32,000 nucleotides of DNA from Candidatus Saccharimonadota bacterium (lineage in GTDB: Bacteria; Bacteroidota; Bacteroidia; Flavobacteriales; Blattabacteriaceae): contig NZ_CP021172.1 in NCBI RefSeq assembly GCF_002243425.1, positions 1 to 32,000 of the forward strand, written 5' to 3'. Shown here piece after piece: positions 29,431-32,000 of this stretch. The number at the start of each line of letters is the position of its first letter. Position 1 is the stretch's first letter. Position numbers and translations under genes: made by a program. The notes under the pieces are model-generated. The model saw only the letters and a program-made list of their open reading frames with translations. It was not told the origin of the DNA and searched no databases.

Positions 29431-31011
29431 TTATTTAAAAAATTTATTAATGATTTTTAATGCAACATTGTTTAATATTGAAAATATATTTTCATTTATT
29501 TCACCTTCTTCTAATAAATCTATAATAGATGAATATTTATCATTTAAATAATTTAAATATTTTTTTTCAAAAAATTTAACTTTATTAAGAGGTATTTCTT
29601 TAAGAAGATTATTTGTCCCAGCATATATTATTGCTATTTGATAACCTAATCTATAAGGAGAATTAATTGATTGTTTTAATATTTCTATATTTCTTTTTCC
29701 TTTTTCAATAATATTTTTTGTTGTAGAATCTAAATCAGAACCAAATTGAGAAAAAGATTCTAATTCTCTAAATTGTGCTTGATCTAATTTAAAAGTACCT
29801 GATATTTTTTTCATTGATTTAATTTGTGCTGAAGCACCTACTCTTGAGACTGATATTCCTTCATTTATAGCAGGACGGATTCCTGAATTAAAAAGATTTG
29901 TTTCTAAAAAAATTTGTCCATCTGTTATAGATATAACATTTGTAGGAATGTATGAGGATACATCACCAAATTGGGTTTCTATTATTGGTAAAGAAGTTAA
30001 AGAACCTCCCCCTAAAATTTTTTTTTCTATACTTTTTGGTACATCATTCATTTTATAAGCAATTTTATTATCACTTATTATTTTAGATGAACGTTCTAAT
30101 AAACGAGAATGTAAGTAAAAAATATCACCTGGATATGCTTCTCTACCAGGTGGTCTACGTAATAATAAAGATATTTCTCTATATGCTACTGCTTGTTTAG
30201 ATAAATCATCATATATAATTAAAGCTGAACGTCCAGTATCTCTAAAAAATTCGCCTATTGCAGTTCCAGAAAAAGGAGCAAACACTTGCATAGCTGCAGA
30301 ATCTGAAGCATTTGCTGTTAATATAACTGTATACGATAGAGCATCATTTTCTTCTAATAATTTTACTATACTAGCTATAGTAGATGCTTTTTTACCAATT
30401 GATACATAAATACAATAAACGGGATTTCCCATATCATAAAATTTTTTTTGATTAATTATAGTATCTATAGCTAGAGTTGTTTTTCCAGTTTGTCTATCTC
30501 CTATTATTAATTCTCTTTGCCCTCTACCTATAGGTATCATAGAATCTATACATTTTATCCCAGTTTGGAGAGGTTCTATTACTGGTTCTCTATAAATTAC
30601 CCCAGGAGCTTTTCTTTCTAATGGCATTAGAAATAAATTTCCAGATATAGGGCCTTTTCCGTCAATAGGAACACCTAAACTGTTTATAACACGACCTAAC
30701 AGACATTCTCCTACATTTATAGACGATATCATCCCTGTTCTTATAACTTGATCACCTTCTTTTATTCCTTTCGATGACCCAATTAATATAATTCCTACAT
30801 TTTCTTCTTCTAAATTAAGAACAATTCCTTTTACTCCATTTTCAAATTCAACTATTTCTCCATATATTGCATTAAATAATCCATAGACATTAGCTACTCC
30901 ATCTCCTATATTAATTATTATTCCTGATTCAATTATTTCATTTTTATAATGAAAGTCTGAAATTTGTTTTTTTATTAAAGCTGAGATCTCAGCATATTTT
31001 AGATCCAACAT
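29431..31011 (-). CDS. atpA: F0F1 ATP synthase alpha subunit
   Basis: 526-aa ORF with Walker [10 protein letters not shown] and [45 protein letters not shown]. Confidence 0.97.
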   Translation of the reverse strand: MLDLKYAEISALIKKQISDFHYKNEIIESGIIINIGDGVANVYGLFNAIYGEIVEFENGVKGIVLNLEEENVGIILIGSSKGIKEGDQVIRTGMISSINVGECLLGRVINSLGVPIDGKGPISGNLFLMPLERKAPGVIYREPVIEPLQTGIKCIDSMIPIGRGQRELIIGDRQTGKTTLAIDTIINQKKFYDMGNPVYCIYVSIGKKASTIASIVKLLEENDALSYTVILTANASDSAAMQVFAPFSGTAIGEFFRDTGRSALIIYDDLSKQAVAYREISLLLRRPPGREAYPGDIFYLHSRLLERSSKIISDNKIAYKMNDVPKSIEKKILGGGSLTSLPIIETQFGDVSSYIPTNVISITDGQIFLETNLFNSGIRPAINEGISVSRVGASAQIKSMKKISGTFKLDQAQFRELESFSQFGSDLDSTTKNIIEKGKRNIEILKQSINSPYRLGYQIAIIYAGTNNLLKEIPLNKVKFFEKKYLNYLNDKYSSIIDLLEEGEINENIFSILNNVALKIINKFFK

Positions 31012-31564
31012 AATTTTTTATTTTTTTTAAAAAATTATTAATTGTAAAATTACAATATTGATATTCTACTTTTATGAGTAAACCACCAATAAGATTATTA
31101 TTATCTATATTATTATTATCTAGATTATTATTATCTATATTATTATTATCTAGATTATTATTATCTATATTATTATTAATAATATAAGTTTTATCTATTT
31201 TCTTTAAAAGAAAAATTATATTATATTTAATAATAGGTTTTTTAGATAAAAAAAAGAAATCTATTATAGATAATTTTTTTTTAAAAATTTTGAGATATTC
31301 TAAACAAATAGATATAAATAATAATTCTCTATTATCATTAATTAACAATTTAATTAATTTTAATAAAAAATTAGATATCATTAATCTTTTGAAAAAAATT
31401 ATCTTTTCTTTTTTTTTAAAAAAATGTGTATTGAAAATAATTTTTTTGATATAATTCTTTCTTATAAGAAAAAAAATTTGTTCTATTTCATTTTTTAGAA
31501 AAATTTCTTTTTTAGAATTAAAAACTAAAAAAAAAAATCCTTTTGCATATCTTTTAAACTTCAT
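30989..31564 (-). CDS. atpH: F0F1 ATP synthase delta subunit (OSCP)
   Basis: 191-aa ORF between atpF and atpA. It has RYAKGFF near the N-terminus and the conserved C-terminal LIGGLLIKV motif. It carries a 90-bp repeat insertion and overlaps atpA by 23 nt. Confidence 0.72.
   Translation of the reverse strand: MKFKRYAKGFFFLVFNSKKEIFLKNEIEQIFFLIRKNYIKKIIFNTHFFKKKEKIIFFKRLMISNFLLKLIKLLINDNRELLFISICLEYLKIFKKKLSIIDFFFLSKKPIIKYNIIFLLKKIDKTYIINNNIDNNNLDNNNIDNNNLDNNNIDNNNLIGGLLIKVEYQYCNFTINNFLKKIKNYVGSKIC
31091..31180. repeat. 30-bp tandem repeat x3 (equivalently 15 bp x6) inside atpH
   Basis: The copies are aagattattattatctatattattattatc, tagattattattatctatattattattatc and tagattattattatctatattattattaat. 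The minus-strand translation is ([10 protein letters not shown]) x3. Confidence 0.92.
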
Positions 31565-32000
31565 AATTATTAATAATTTTATTTAAAAAATCATTATGAT
31601 TTGTTTCATTAATTTCTAATTCTTTATTTAAAATTTTTTCTGAAATGATAATAGACATATTTAATATTTCATTTTTTATCTTTTCTATTGCTAGTTTTTT
31701 TTTCTTTTCAATTAATAATTTAGTTTTATTTATTATTAAATAACTTTCTAATTTTGCTTTTTTTTTAGCTTCTTTTTCTATTTGTTCTTTTTTTTTTAAA
31801 GCTTCATTTATAATGAAATTTTTAATTTTTTCTGTTTTTTTTAAAATATTTATTTTTTTAAGTTTTCTCTTTTTTAGAGATTCTTTTGCTTTTTCTGCAT
31901 TATTGATTGAATCAATAATATATTTTTCACGTTTTTCTAACAATTTATTTATAGGATTCCATGCGAATTTGCTAAGAATAATAAATGATATTAAAAAGAT
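31554..32000 (-). CDS. atpF: F0F1 ATP synthase subunit b (5' end beyond the window)
   Basis: The M at 31943 in the ORF track is an internal TTG. The frame stays open to the window edge and reads ...IFLISFIILSKFAWNPINKLLEKREKYIIDSINNAEKAKE, which is the membrane anchor plus the KxxWxPixxxLxxRexxI motif of b subunits. Confidence 0.75.
   Translation of the reverse strand: MFLISFIILSKFAWNPINKLLEKREKYIIDSINNAEKAKESLKKRKLKKINILKKTEKIKNFIINEALKKKEQIEKEAKKKAKLESYLIINKTKLLIEKKKKLAIEKIKNEILNMSIIISEKILNKELEINETNHNDFLNKIINNYEV

Overview
This window is extremely AT-rich (by eye well under 25% GC, and lowest between genes) and almost fully coding. It carries 28 apparently intact housekeeping CDSs, 3 tRNAs and 4 recognisable gene remnants. 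There are no rRNA genes, mobile elements, CRISPR arrays, defence loci, toxin-antitoxin pairs or secondary-metabolite genes.

Gene content:
- Plus-strand run: lipB, valS, ftsH, dnaN, pheT, aroB, gyrA, rpsA.
- Then rho (-), prfA and aroQ (+), and the minus-strand block atpD-atpC-acpP-fabF.
- Then rsmA, tRNA-fMet, tRNA-Asn, the minus-strand block ybeY-mnmG-glnS, tRNA-Cys, prs-rplY, and the minus-strand block atpF-atpH-atpA-atpG.

The content and protein signatures fit a tiny-genome obligate insect endosymbiont of the Bacteroidota/Flavobacteriales type (Sulcia-, Blattabacterium- or Shikimatogenerans-like). The signatures are atpDC split from atpFHAG, an insert in the ATP synthase beta subunit, and the [21 protein letters not shown] start of GyrA. 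This placement rests on my memory of those families, not on a search.

I do not see a novel multi-gene system and will not claim one. What deserves a second look is genome erosion caught in progress:
1. ftsH is split by a one-base frame change inside a T13 run.
2. There are deletion-riddled remnants of rsmD, ndh (NDH-2) and rsmI, plus a possible holB remnant.
3. Near-perfect in-frame tandem repeats sit inside the essential genes aroB, rpsA, atpG and atpH.
4. A 28-nt direct repeat lies within pheT.
5. The GyrA box of gyrA is degenerate.
6. Rho lacks most of its N-terminal bundle.

All coordinates and translations were worked by hand from the sequence. Homology statements come from recalled family motifs and need confirmation by BLAST or HMM search.
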